The translations under genes and the position numbers were made by a program. A model generated the notes under the pieces. That model did not search any database, was not told the DNA's origin, and saw nothing but the letters and a program-made list of their open reading frames with translations. From Raillietiella orientalis (Eukaryota), in the NCBI GenBank assembly GCA_036172245.1, contig JAYWIR010000006.1, positions 2,728,001 to 2,792,000 on the forward strand: a DNA stretch of 64,000 nucleotides, given 5' to 3'. Of the stretch, positions 38,351-52,260 are shown in pieces (the stretch's first letter is position 1; every line of letters begins with the position of its first letter).

Positions 38351-39599
38351 GTGCGTTCACCTTAGGTGCTTCTCCAGTTCAAGCACATCGTATTAGGCGC
38401 ATTCCTCTGATGAATGGGTGCATGCAAAATAAGCACGAAAGTGTGCAACAAAGTGTGCTCCCACGTCGTAATGTGGAATTCATTTTAACAGCTCTTAGAG
38501 GTCGATCCTTTTCCTTGCTTCATACGTCACACCTTGATGCTGTTCAAATCCCAATTTTACCACCGCATGAGCTGCAGAGCTAATTGTACGATAGCGTTCC
38601 TTTGATGATTTGATAACATGGGGGTTGGGCCTATTTTGGTGTCTTAGCAATGATAGGAGAGTAGTTCCCAAGTCACCATCCCGCGGAAGGGATGCTTATC
38701 GATCAAGGCGTGCCCGGCTAAGCCAGCGTTGTCTCTGGAGCCCGATTTTTACGTCTAAGTGTTTCCGGTGGATTGATGGCATGCTGAATCCTTTTATTGG
38801 CATGTTTGGCTCCGCAGCATCCACTCTAGTGGAGGGAAATCAATCTTAATAAAACCACGAGATGAAACTCATCAACTTCGGGAACGCCCTCGAATTACAG
38901 GATTCACTGTGGAAGTGAAGTCGGAAGCACCAGCCCCTTACAAATGAGGAAGTGATTCGGTGCCAGGGTGCCTCGTACACCCCAAATGCCCCCAAAGTTT
39001 TCGACTAGCAGGAAAGGAAAGCGAGCGAGCGGAAATTCCAGCAGCCCGTTTCCCCTGGAGCACTTCAAGTACCCACCAAACCGAATTCTGCGTGAAGCGG
39101 AAGGCGGATCAAAGAAATGCGTTCATCCCATCTGCGGAACATCAGTTTGCAAACAGCAAGGAGGGAGGAGGGCCGCGTTGCCCCGGCAAGAGGGGATCGT
39201 GAGGCGTCGTCGCCTCCCCCTTATGCAAATTTGCCTCGGAAAACAGCAGCGATCGGTTCTTTTCCTCCTGCGCGCCGGCAAAGCTGAAAACGCTGCAGAA
39301 GACTTCCGCACCCGCGCTTCCTGGCCCCATCAGAGCGGGGGGGGGGGGGGGGGAAGCGATGAAAAATAAGTGACGGAAAATAAGGAAGACGGAACACGAA
39401 ATGAAGGGTAGAGCGAACTGGGTCAGGAGACTCCTCTTTTGTCAAATCAGGACTTGCAGCACATTTGCATAGGGCGCTTCTCTGGGAAAAGGAAATCGAA
39501 AAAGCAGAATTCATAACAGCACATCTCCAGTGCAATCGCTGAAACGTTTAATAATTTATGGTAAATGAAACACCACATTTCAATGAGGAATATATCAAC

Positions 39600-40500
39600 C
39601 TTGCATGTGTGTACATACGTATGTATATATGTGTGTATGCATGTGTGTTGTGTGCGTGCAGTTGTGTGCATGTGTGTAAGCTTTGAGGGTGAGTTGAGGT
39701 CTTTGAGGGTGAGTTGAGGTCAATTTTCTATTTTCAAACTGAACGTTTTATGTTTGTAGCCAACCAGGTTTTCGTACAGCGTTATGTAAATCTCACTTTT
39801 AAAATTCAATAAATAATAGGGGGGAAACGTTAAATTAAGAGAAACTGCAGCTTATAGAGAGTTAAAGTGGTATCCACACTGGTTTTGATCGTCTTTATGG
39901 CTTTTAATTTTTATAATTTAAATCATAAAAATATATAGTCGAATTCACTGTGAGTTCGTTACATTATTTTGCAATATATATACATTACATCACCCATTAT
40001 AGACATATATATAAAATACAATTTTATGTAATTTTATACCTACACATATATATGCATATATATATATACATGTATATAGACACATAGATATAGACAGATG
40101 ATATACATAGATACACACACACACATATATACATGCAAATTCAGTGTATTCTCCATTACAGTGTTATACTTGATTCACCATTGATAATTGAACATTTCTA
40201 CGGTTGCATTTGTATATAAATAGATCGATATAGATGTAGATACAGATATATTGATATACGTACAGATATAAATAAGCAGATATGGATGTATGATATGAAT
40301 GTACAGAGATAGATGTATAGATATCGATGGACGTGCTATATCTATTTATATTTATATCTGTATATCTGTACGTATATATATAGGCGGATAGAGAATATAT
40401 ATATATAGCATATGTATCCCATCATAGGATACATATGAATATATCAATAGATAGTATAATTCGCTATATGCATACATATAATAATATATACATATATAGC
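39600..40500. repeat. AT-rich island of degenerate (TA)n/(TG)n/(CA)n/(TAGA)n microsatellites
   Basis: Abrupt drop in GC, with runs such as ATATATATATA, ACACACACACACA and ATAGATATAGA. Confidence 0.9.
39681..39720. repeat. Perfect 20-bp tandem duplication
   Basis: CTTTGAGGGTGAGTTGAGGT x2. Confidence 0.97.
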
Positions 40501-40559
40501 GAATTCATCACAGATCAATCAGCAGTTTGAATAGTTAAGTATAACCTTAATCGGCCCAT

Positions 40560-43300
40560 CTTCAGTTCACAAATTTCGAATTTCAATCGTTTGGTCTGAT
40601 TAGAATTAGACACGCGTGTTCCTGTGCAGTTTTCCGGCTACATTTTGGGCAAATCTTTCGAGAGGGGCGGTTTCGTCGTAGGTTAGTCATTTTCCTAACG
40701 TGCCATCGACGAACCACAAGCGCGGACCACGACCACAAAGTGCAGGTGGGCCTCTTGTGGTGAGCGTTTGGGTGTGTCGGTGAAATGTTGAGATGCCGGC
40801 CATGAGTGGGAATGCGCTTCCTCTCCAAAGGCTGCCTCGTTATCGACGGGGTATTTGGCAGCCCTGAAAAAAGGAAACCTATAGATCTGAACAACGCAGT
40901 AAGATTTTCTCTGCTTCAGAAACAAAGCATTCTGGGAAATTCGGCTTCGAACTCCTTTGTGCCGAACGAATTCCTCCGTGAAGGCTTACGCCTAAGGTCA
41001 CAGTAAAACCTTGTGGGCAAAACTTGGCTTTTCCCATTTCATTGCCTTCTGGAACCTTCTAATGCGATAGAGAAGAAGCACCTGTTTCCTGGTTTCGAGG
41101 TGCAACTTCCTTATAGCTCAATGGGTCAAATATTTTTGGGGAGATTGCATCTCGCGATGCTTTCGTCTTTCACTTCATGAAATCTTCCTTTCTGAAAGCT
41201 CGCATTCGTACAATTTTAGGTGCTACGTGCTCATACAAAATTTATGTCGTACACGAAACTGTACACTGCCCAGAGACAGAGGTATACAACAAGCACAGAC
41301 AAAGTATGAAATGGAGTTCGGAACCACAAATCCTCTCCTACTTTATTCAAAAGGAATGCCCTCTTAGAGTTCACTTCGATATGTGGTGGGGTGATGCATG
41401 ATCTTCCTTTGGGCAGCTTCCCTTCACGAATGGCACTCAAACTATTTCTTGAGCAAACACCTCTGCATCACCCATCGTTCTATCGATTAGATCTTCAGGA
41501 AGCCTGATCCGATTATCTGCCAAAAAATGGATTTTCGGATTCATTTAGATCTCTGGATGGACTCGGAGTGGGTCTGAGTGAAGTGGATTTTTCAGGAATG
41601 GGATTGAATTTAGACTGGGATTGGCAAATTCCCTGTCAATATTGAATACGGATATCTTGCGCTGCGAAGTTTCTGAGTCGCGACTCGAAAAGTGCCTATT
41701 TAACTCAATCATCCCATCTGCATTCCAGAGGCATTTGGAGTGCCTATTTGCACGAGCACGAAAAATATTAATTGCAGGTCCACTCGAGTTGCGGGACGCT
41801 AATTGAAGACTCACAGCGCTTAATCCCGATCGCGAGGAAGTCCAGTCTAAAACCAGCTGCCATTGAATCCTGGAACGGAAGCGGCTAGGTGACACACCGC
41901 CATTCCTGGTTTCATGGCTTTCCGCAACGGAAGAAGCGTCAGCATGGCCTCGCACTGTACCTTCCTACTAAAAAAGACAGCCGACCTCGGTACTTGTCCA
42001 CGTCAGGCCAGTCGGTTCATATCGACTCTTCGACGAAACCTCAGTCGCCCTGAGCAAAGTGTTCCTTCCGCTGCTTCACGCGGTTTCATCCTTACAGCAC
42101 TTGGAGGTATCTCTTGCGGCTATTCCACGACCTCGTCGTGACGGCTGCAAGGCATTCATCGATAAGTTAGCTGCAGCTCCAGATTCGTTCCGAAACTTTT
42201 AAGAGGACTTTTCGTATCTGAGGCACTTTCTTTGGGGTATACATCGCATCCATTTGCGATTCATGAGAAGGAAAATTCCGGCCCCTCATTCTTCATGCGT
42301 TTATTAAAACAGATTCCCAGAAACGTGTTCATTTTGCAGGTACCACAAATCAAATGTTGCCCGCTAATGTTTCCATAAGTAATTTTTATCCAGTAGATCC
42401 CTGTGCCACGTTCGGAAGCATTCGGGTGGAGGCGAAAAAGTTTTTTTGGGGATGCTTTCATCCTTTCCCTGACCCTCATGCGTTTCATAATAACACACCA
42501 GCTTTAGGAGAAATCAAAGGGCGCCGCAGTGCCCACGTTTACCAGCAAATGACGCGTTTTTTTTTTTTTTTACTGGCACATTGAGCTGACCTTAGCACGT
42601 TTGACCCACGGAGGGAACCATGGGGCTTTGTGCAAAACCCAGCCCAAGACCTGGTGGTGGCCCAAATTTTTTTCGCACCTGGTTGCTTCAGCTCGGATGG
42701 GCAGCCAGCCATCTTTTCCCGTTATCCTCGGGAGCTTCCTTCGAAACCGAGTAGTCTTGAAATCTCCGCCAGCATCGATGTGACAGCGAAGGCCGTCGCT
42801 GGATTGGAGATTGCGACTGCGGAAACTCTCAGCGTACGACTCCATACGCTGAAGATTGAAAACCATTCGCACCAGCTCATTCCGGAAACTGCATTCGCTG
42901 CATCCTCAGGCAAAGAAGAGCACTTCATTGTGTTCCTGTTTGCTATTTCACCCTCCATCGGCCCAGGCGAGGGTCATCGAGCGCTTCTCTCACAGGAGGG
43001 TACCTTCCCGTCTTTGAGGCAGTCTCCAGTCTTGCAAAGTCTTCCTCTTCGGAAGCCCCAGATATGGAGGCAAACTCTTAGTTTATTGCTGTTTATTTCA
43101 AGACTTCAGAATGGATGCTCCTATGGAGGTTCTTGCTGAAGAAGTCCAAGCACTCACTTTCCTTTCTAAAGGCAATCTCTCGGCTCAGCAGAATTTTTAA
43201 GACACCATCCCATTTAGTGTAGGAAGTCGAGGCTTTCATATAGCTGCATAAGTCAGCTGTTCCTTGCTATCATTTGTTGCCATTTTTTCTTCTGAAATAA
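40560..43300 (-). mobile_element. Decayed LINE ORF2 (endonuclease + RT)
   Basis: IDAGGDFK (GGDFN) at ~42770, NSSGP (KSPGPDG) and RKISVFNIDREFA (RPISLLNIDYKI) at ~41640, in order. Confidence 0.7.
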
Positions 43301-43749
43301 GGACGTCTACGATGGATTTTTTTTTTTGAGAATTTTGCTGCCTTCACGTTTTCGTACACTTCCGGTTTCAATTCCCTCTGATTCAGCTTGATGTTTTCTT
43401 CCTATGTGATTGAAATTACAAGGTCTAAGGTGTTTCCTACTTGCCTCTAAAAAAAAAAAAAAAAAAAAAAAGCATTTCCTTTGTGAAAAATCCTTCTTCT
43501 TGAGGAAATGTAAATGCGAGCATCCATGCGTTTTGCGTTCGTGCTTCGTTTCTAGCTGTCACTCTTCCGGTGACGTTTGCTTCCGGTGCAGCAGGTGTCG
43601 GAAAGGAACACTCTTCAATGGGTACTTGCAAGCGCTGGCCGATTCATCATCTTCCTGCCGACACATGCCCTGAATCTCCCTCCTTTAGCACCCATCGGAA
43701 ACCAAGTACAAGAAGAATTCGTAGCACACACCCTGTAAATTCATCGCGC

Positions 43750-44900
43750 TGGAAAGAAAAGAGAGATTGTGGTCTTTGGTAACCATCAGTCATGCCGCGG
43801 GGTAATCACTCCAATTATTAGGCCATTGCCGCATGCAGAGATAAATTGTTAGTTTTTAATTGCAAACAGTCTGTCAAAGTTCTCGGAGCTCTAGAGGAAC
43901 AGCCAAGAGTCGAGGGGGTGTGGTGGAAAAGCTCCGGCAGCTTATTACCATGGTGAGGACTCGTGCGTCGCAGTGATCCGTAAATAAATTGAATGGACAG
44001 TTTGATGGAGAGTGGGAAGAGAGAACACAAGATCAATTGGAAAGCTCCCAACGCAGCATCTGCATCCTAGAACCATGTGGTATCACCGCCCAAGTCAGTT
44101 GAGGAAAAAACTCTATCCTTTTCAGGAAAACTGCCAGTTTGTGGGCGTCCATCCACTTGATTGTCCATCTGGCTCTGCACCTAACGCAGAGACGGGTCCC
44201 GAGAAGGAAAAATCACTGCAAAAGAAGCCCTGCCAGCACAGTGAATCCCCAGGAGGGGGTCAGCGTGTCAGTCCTAAGGAATGCTGCGCTCCCGGATCCA
44301 TTTGTCACAAGATTTCGTTTCCCATTTTTGAAACTGTGGCCTTGGGCGAGGTCTCGTGTACGGACGCTGTGGCGAACTCGTGAGAACGAGCGGGGAGAAA
44401 ACTCAGGTGGCCCGGACCGTATTCATGCGCCTCCCTTAGTCATCCTGGTTCCAGTGATGGTCCAATTCAGTCCGCCACACAAAGAGGAGTAGAGCATGGA
44501 TAGGTCTTGCCGCTTCTGCTTGGTGGCGTAGCCTCGTTGCTGCTTTCCATTGTGGAAAAGGTGGAAGAATCATATGATAGCTGCATCGCTTCCAGCAAGA
44601 ACGGAAGAGACCTCTAAAAGGCCTCCTCCATCATGGAGCTCCAGATGCAAGGTCTCAGACTTCGCGAGACACACGCGTTCTGCCCTTTGGCTGCAAAGTG
44701 AATGAGCCGCGTACCCAATTACGAGAACCTCAAATCGTGGAAAATGAGCTAACTGGCGATCCGGCTTGATTTCAGGAGAAAACCACCTCACGCGTACGTG
44801 CGACACAGCGCAAGACAAAGGGCTTGAGGCAAGCACTGGACAGACTAACTTCTCCATAGGTGAACATCTTCGCCTTCCGGATTAAGGCAGCGTAGCTGAA
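43750..44900 (-). mobile_element. LINE RT relic
   Basis: SVRTRDLA (VRQGD position) at ~44360 and an LLFA-D-like stretch at ~44215. Weak. Confidence 0.4.
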
Positions 44901-45699
44901 ACTCAAGTTAGGAATATCTATGTAAAGGACAGAGAAGATGGGAAGAGGTTCACATCCTCAGCAGAAAGAGAAGGAAGAGTTTGTGGCCGCCGTTCAGGCC
45001 ATTACGGAAGGGCGGTCAAAGACGGAACAAGGTCTCGTGGTCAGGGGCGAAGAAGCCATCGCGGGTCGTTGCTCGCCTCCGTGAGCACCCACCAACGGCG
45101 CTGGACAAGAGAGGAAGAGAGCAGGCGCCAAGCTCCGACCCTCCAGTTCTCCTTCCGAGGACTGCCGCCACTGTCTCAGCATCTCTCTGGACCGGTACTC
45201 CATCGGGAGGCACTTTCCCTCACGATGAAGTACTGCGGAAATCCAAAGCTCCCCAGAAACGGAATGAGCACTTCAGAAAGGGACTGATGCGTTCGAAGGT
45301 GCAGGGCTGCTGGAAGGCATGAGCTGGATCATCGCTCCTGATGAAAGCACCCCTAGAAGAATGAAGGGAAGAAGATAAAAGACAGGTCCTTGCATCTATT
45401 CCTACCTTCCTCTCCCTCAGCATGAAATGGCAAGCGCAGACACCGAATTTTCGTCCGTTGATCCTCGAGTAAAATTTTCTACACATCCATGTAAAACACG
45501 CAGAGGGGTGCAGAAAACCATTGGAACTCCGGTACCTGATGGACCAAGGTCCAGTGATCTGCTCGGTCCGCAGCAAGGCGGTTCCACAGGAAAAAAACCC
45601 ACAATCATCGGCTCCTTGCTGGCGTTTCTGTCTGCACCGTTCCGGTGTGTGTGCCACGGAGTTGCTACCGTGCGATTCGGTGTGCTGCAGAGTCTGCTT

Positions 45700-47150
45700 C
45701 GCTAGTTTCACCTTTGATTGCTGCGCGAGGAGCTCATGAAATCGCAGCAGGAATTCATGCGGGAATCCTCCTGCATCCCTTCATTCTGAGACAATGAACT
45801 ACGCATCAATATTCATAGTGCACTCTTTCGCGGCCGGAGAGCTGTCCGCTTGGGGTCTGGGAAGGCGTCTTTTGAAGCGTGGGAACAGAAGCCCTCTTGT
45901 GTGCGTCCCACGCTATTATTCACTTGAATGCAGCTATGGCATCAGGACGGGAATGGTTTTCTACGGCCATCTAGATCCCCCTTACCAGAAGTCAGACGCT
46001 GGAGTTGCTTCTGAATCTTTAAGCACGAATTGTGCCGTCTGCAGGGGATGCACATCCTCAAGGACACTCCGCTAATCAAAACGAAATTATTCCTTGCAGA
46101 TGGCAGCTGAATGATCCGTAAAGTCAGTTTTGGGAACAAGCAGTTGTTAAGGATTAGGGTATTCAAGTGCATCGGCTCTACGGGAGTCTTCCGCCTCTTG
46201 TTTCGTCCAGGAAGCTGCGGATTGCAGTCCTGCATTTCCTTCAACCTCTCAAAGAGAGAGCAGCCTTTCCGACAAAGGACTTCCCTATCACGACCCTCAC
46301 GACCTGAGAAAATTCTTTTCCGGCAACTTTGAAATCGTCGCCTTCCTATAAGCGGAACGAACAACGCTTCGAGTGGCACCTGCATTCGCAGAGCACGCTT
46401 ACATGTGCTTTCCATGCTGCCAGGTCATCAGTCAACTTCGATCTCCGAGTTCATGCCGACCTCGCCGATTCATCATAAGCGAACAGACCATTCCCAAAAT
46501 TGCGAATTAGAAGCTCCTTCGAAGCTTGAAAAAACTGATCCGCAAAAAACCATCGCAGCCCGGAGGGGAAGGAGCCTGCGTGTGGCACATTTTTGCCCGG
46601 GCTCTAGCCACGAAGTTGAGTGAATGCACCTCGATTCCACCCGCGCCACATTCCAGAGTGGACTCTTTGAGTGGTAACAGGGCAACCTGGGAGTAACGCT
46701 TTATTTGCTCACTCCGCCTCATTTCGTCTTCACCATCTTGACCACCTCTGAGAATTCAGTTTTTCTTTATGCTTCGAATCGCACATTGTGGCGTTCGATC
46801 GGAGGTACATAACTGACTCGCGCTCATCGCTGATTTCGGCTTTTCAACGGGAATCATCAAAACAAAGATGCGAGCGATGGTCCCAATAGTCATTGGCTGA
46901 TTCACGTGACTCTGCCTGACTCTGCTTGCAACGCAGTTTTCCTATGGAAGCTCTCGCCTATTTCCCGAATCTAAGGAAAGTGGGGAAACGGAGGCAAATT
47001 CTGTGACAACGCCTGATCTCCCAAAGCTCCGATTTCAATCCCATAGCAATTCTCCATCATTCTCGATCGGGATGCTTCAGACCCGTGGCGCTCCGTGAAG
47101 AATCAAGCGCCGCACACAACCAGACATGATTTGCTGACCTTCAGGTTGCC
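45700..47150 (-). mobile_element. LINE RT relic
   Basis: VEK at ~46845 (DxEKAFD position), PGCP at ~46685 (QGCPLS) and FEGASN at ~46515 (F...SG.KIN), in order. Confidence 0.45.
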
Positions 47151-47199
47151 TAACAGTGGTACATGGATTTCTTTCTTATTTCCATCTTGGCTTCAGTTC

Positions 47200-49020
47200 T
47201 AGATCACTCGTAAATCAAGTTTCTGTGTTATCCGAGTCATTCGACGCACGTCTCCGCAGAACCGAAGGTCCCTCGTGTAAAGCGTGACCATCTAGACAAA
47301 TGGTTTGTTCAGTTGCTACATTCTGATCATCAAATCTCACGACCATCCTTTGATCCCAGAGCTTGAATCCCATGATCATTTTTCGAAACTCTCCTTATTG
47401 ATCACAGATTTCCTAGTGGGGCACATTCCGCTGAGCGTTCTGATCGAAAACACAATTTCCCTGCGCTCATAAGCCTTTTCCCTCGCACCTGATCTCATGG
47501 AAACCCCATTCTGCCTGCTAGCTTCTCTTGACGCTCGCACCAAGTTTCCATGGATTGATTCCCCCTGACTGATGTTGCGAGCACCTACGAGCGCAGCATC
47601 CCAGCTCTGAACGATTTGAAATGCATGAGAATCCACCCCATCTGCCGCGCATCTGGGATTATCTTTCGTTCTGTTTTTGGAGTTTGCATTACGTGACGCC
47701 TGATTAGCAGCCATTGGATGAAGTCGCTGTGGCGACCCCGCTCCAGAAATTTAGTCGCCTCTCTCATGCTCACGGCTCTATTTAATGGCACGCAGAGAGA
47801 TTTGCTGTGCTGATGACACCGTTTCTGGATGATGGGGGAGGGGAGACTCTAACGACAACGGCAGCGATCTGTTCGCTTGAAACGCCCGTCCCAGACAACC
47901 ACCAAAATGGTTTGTTTGCTGGCATGAGGGCAAACGACAAAGCCACAATTCAACGGATATGCCGTTATCGTGACCACCCCGTTTGCTGAGCAATTCCTTG
48001 ATTGCATTGCTGCAAATTAAGTTGTTGGATTACAGGACTTCGGAGTTTTGCCGACGACGACCCCTCGGGCAAGGCCAACCGTCCTGCCGCCCGCGCGCAC
48101 GCGCGCTGCCTCAGCCAAAAGAGTGGAGAAAAAAAAAAAAAAAAGCCGACGCCTCTGAAAATCACCTGGAAAAGGCTTCTCGAGGTCATTAGTGCCCCCG
48201 TTTCCGAGGTCGACTGTCAACCGCCTTAGTGCCGCCGCGTGGGACCTTCGCTTTCCATCTCCCGCCGCTGCCCCTCCCGAAGTTGTAGGAAGCTGAGGAA
48301 GACAATCTGGAGGAGGTGAACGCACAAAGGAATCCGGCTCCTCTATGGGGCCTCAGAGAGAGAAGACTAATAGCTCACGGTCGCGGCGCAAGATGGTCGG
48401 CATTTGTGTCAGCTTTGATCGTGCTGGTTCTGCTGATGCTTCCACATCTGATGTTCCTGCCCACCGACATTATGCTTCCGATTTTGGTGGTCCCGTTGGC
48501 AACATGGGAGCCTTTGAAACTCTCATCGCTAGTCCTGCAGATGGTGCTGCTGATGGTGGTGCTCCTGCCGCCACTGAGACTCCAAATTATAGTGGTGGCG
48601 CTGGTCCTGTTTCCGCTGACACTCGTGCGGCGTCTGAGGACGCCGGTGCTGCTCCTGATGCTGGTGCTGATGCCGATGCTTCCACGGCTTCTGGTTCTTC
48701 TGAATTTCGTGAAGAGACCGGATGCCCAAGCGTGAGCAGCGCCATCTGCGGAAAGGAGTCGTCGCTCCCTGGCATGTCACGACAGAACACGTTGTGCTGG
48801 GGGCGGCGCCTGAGAGAACACCAGGAGGAGTGCAAGCAGCTCCGGGCGGACTTCACTTGGTCCGGCATCGCTGCTTCCACGCCGTCGTCCGAGCCTCCTG
48901 GAGGTCGTCGCAATGATCGAAGGGGGATACCAGTTGCAGCGCTCTTGAAGCTGGAGCATCCCGCGAGGAAGATTGGAAACATCTTTAGATGGATGCAGAT
49001 GCAACCCTGTAGATGAATTT
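47200..49020 (+). mobile_element. LINE RT to C-terminal zinc-finger relic
   Basis: LL.SDHQI at ~47315, ASLD at 47521, RCGDP at ~47725, ICCADDT at 47800-47820 and AICGKESSL at ~48740, in order. Interrupted by a low-complexity insert. Confidence 0.68.
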
Positions 49021-50499
49021 GACAATTTCCAAAGCTGCGGCACGAAATTCTCGTTCTTGGCGGCTGAGAGAGAGCGGGTCTGAGGGAACCGAAATGCCTC
49101 TCTTGTGCTGCTCGTTCCTCGGGGTGGTGAGGGGCGGTGGGGAACATTTCTCCGTTCGCGCCGTGATTGGCGGGTGCGATCGGAGGCTGGACAGATCGAA
49201 GAGGAATCTGCTCAACTTTCCGCTCCGTGTTCAGATATGGCTATCTAGAGATGACACTAAGATCGGCATGCCTTCCCTGAGGATGGACTCACCATTTAGA
49301 TGCGAAGGTGACCACGGTCTGTCTCCACTCTCGTTTTCGAAGCTCGAGGACGATGCTATAGTTAAGCTATATCGATTTTTTCCTCTACAGATTTGAGGTT
49401 AACAAGGAAACTCCTGGACCCAAACGCATCTGCATAAAATCCTCCGGAGCATAGCTCTGTCGTTCCACTTCTCGTTATGCTGCTGCTGCATTGCTCTGAC
49501 TCCGTGTATTCCCGCAACATTAGCGCGCAGGGCCTTTTGTGACCTGTAGTCAGCTCGGATACCCATCGAGAGAGAATCTTAAGAGAACATCGTTCTGTAC
49601 ATCCGAGAATGCGCCTCAGTCACCGTGCAGCCTGCCAATCCCGGTCCACATCTACGCAGCTGGAACACGAACACGTGCCGCCAAGGGCCAATCCCAACGA
49701 TCATCCTTAGTTGACACCGCGTCGATAATTTCCACGTCAAGCATCAGGCGCAGGATCATTTTTTTTCCTGCTCATGAAGTGCACCCGACTCTGCACCAGG
49801 ACGCTTGCTTTGGCAGTTTCTCATCCCTCTTCTCTCGTTCCCTTCCACCCTTCTCCAGCACTGTGACACTGCCCAGTGACTCATTTCGACGGAAGGAAAG
49901 TGGGTGCTCTAAGAACGAATCAAACCCGTTGTCCTCTTTCTTGATGAGATCTTGGTGTCGTTTGCTCCACCAGTCACCGCCATCGGCTTAAGAGATCGCT
50001 TGCACGTCCACCGAAGATGCACGAGATCTGAGAACACCGCGTTTTGCTCTGCGCCTCTGTGATTCCTTAAGCATCTTCTACACATCGAAACGGACGAAAA
50101 AGAGTCATTATCTCGTGTTCATTCATTTGGTTACTCATGGCATTCTATTCACCGTCGGAATTCCATGATCTTCCCGAAAAACTCCCATGCGAGATTCAAG
50201 AACGGCTGCTGTTTAGCATTTCTCATAGCGGCTTGGGCTACCAAGTGACCTTCCGGTGTTCTCCCAGAGAGACTACGGGTTCCAGAAGCAGAAGCTCGTA
50301 GAGGACACCCCTTGAAAGTTTCGCGACCTTCTGTGAAATAAAAAACTCCGATCACGGCCTTTTGAAACGTGAAAAAGCATCTTCAACATCATATCCACCA
50401 CGACCATCAGAGCCTGAATGTTGCGCGTCCGAAATCCAGGATCCTCTTTCTATGTTGCTCCCTCCATGAAGGACTACAGAAAATGCTTGCTTTCCCTTG

Positions 50500-51650
50500 T
50501 TTTTCTCTTTTCTGTTTTTAGTGAATACATACGAAGGAATGTGTAATGCGGCGAGGAGAATTTGCGCGGCTTCCACCGCTTTCTCAGCCTGTCTCGGCTT
50601 CGACTCTTGCCTGTCGCGGACTTCCTGGTCCAGCACGGGCCTCCAAGAGTACGGGAAAAGGCCCAGCGTTACTTGTCATGGTGAGAGTTGCTGTCGGGAG
50701 GTGAGATTCCAGCCAGCGACCCACCATTCGGCGCTGCGCCAAGCTCGCAGGCATCGTTGCCGACGGGCGGATGTACGAAGAAAGGCAAAAGTGCCGTCGT
50801 GGCCGCCGGAGGCGTGCTGCCGTTCTGCACGAGGTCGTGCGGGGGCGGTTCCCAGGTGGCGAGTCCGGTAGGTGCGGATGTTGGGCGGCACCACTACCTC
50901 TCAGAGCTGGTCTACTTGTGTTCCCTCGGAATTTCCAGACACCAGAACTACTGTAACCTCAGTATCCCACTGGTCGGATGAAAATCGCAAAAAGTGACTC
51001 GCTGGTTCCTTACAGAGAAAAAGAGAGCGCAAGGTTTTAGTATTTTAGTATTTCCAAGGTTTAGTTTTAGTATTCCTCAACCGCCTCATGGGACGTTCCC
51101 ATGGTTACCCCAAGTGGACGCTGCGCATCCCCTATCATGCTGCAGTTCATTTCTTTGAGAAAGAACTCCAGATCTCTACGACGGTTCCTCGACAGATGTT
51201 GCATGGTCGTAGGGCCACACCTTCCATCCTCCACATCCCATCCCCATGACGTAGCCGAACAGCACACCATCTGATGCCCATCTCAATAATACAGGATGAG
51301 GGACATCTTTCGTTTCATTCCTGATTTCCAAGACAGGATTCATTGGAGACCTGTTTCTACCGGATGCTCTCAAGTACAGCAGACGGAGGCATGCAACATG
51401 GACGAAATTAGGGCCTGCAAGCCGCAGACGGTCCCTGCACGTAAGCAGATGGTTGATTTTCCTGTGCATTCTTAATGCAGGCCAAAGCATGTCACTGGTC
51501 AAAACATTCATCGATCAGAAATTGCCATCGCAAGCAGTCTCTGATCGAATGCTTCATACTGCGAGGTGAATTTTCAACCACACCGAAATCGATCACATGG
51601 AAGAGCAGCTAGGAATTGTGAGAATCGCCTCTTCTTGTTGCAGTAAAGTC
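50500..51650 (-). mobile_element. LINE ORF2 post-RT relic
   Basis: LLRW...GMGCGGWKVWP resembles the F.W...GGLG.P motif following RT. Confidence 0.4.
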
Positions 51651-51869
51651 ATGTGGGCCCTCATTCAGGTTCCTCCAACGACCTTTTCCATTATATCGAT
51701 CAGAACCAAACAGAAGAGTTCATTTTCGGCAAAATGCCCTCCCAACGATGCACAGTAGTTTCGAGAATTGTCAGCGACCTGACACGCCCTATGCCAACCT
51801 CATTTTATCTGCCAAGACTTACCCAATTCAACCTGAGCTAACCTCAGTTAAATCTTCCCTTACCTAACC

Positions 51870-52260
51870 TCCCTGTGGTGCGGAAACCTGGCTGACGCGG
51901 AGGCGCCGTGATTTTCCCTCCGCCCACGCTCACGGCCTTGTAGCTTCGGTAATTGCGCGCGTGGCAGGGTTCGAAGCGTCCTTCCGGGGTCCATCTAGGA
52001 ATCGAGGAGCACGGGTTCCCTTCGGGATTTCCCCATCCAGTTGTGAAAATGGAGCGTTCCTTTCCATCGTGAGGACTTTCTATTGAATGCCATGGAGCTC
52101 GTTGATACCCTCTAAGAAGGGCTGCGTCTCCAGAGTGCAAAAGAAGCGCTCTGCTCCCTTCAGGAGGAGCTCTTCTGAGAAATTGAGAAGCATCCCTTCG
52201 AGGTTTTCTTCAGAGGAGAAAACAGAGCTGTGCATTTGCAGGTTCCTTCCGGAGAAGAAA
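51870..52260 (+). mobile_element. SINE-like repeat, 5' half (split by LINE insertion)
   Basis: GGGTTCCCTTCGGGATTTCCCCATCCAGTTGTGAAAATGGAGC...CATGGAGCT...GAGTGCAAAAGAAGCGCT is colinear with 31020-31613(-). Confidence 0.75.

Noticed and set aside
48316..48735. Hydrophobic 139-aa 'membrane protein' ORF
   Set aside because: The L/V/M richness is the alternative frame of the GCT/GAT/GGT triplet tract.
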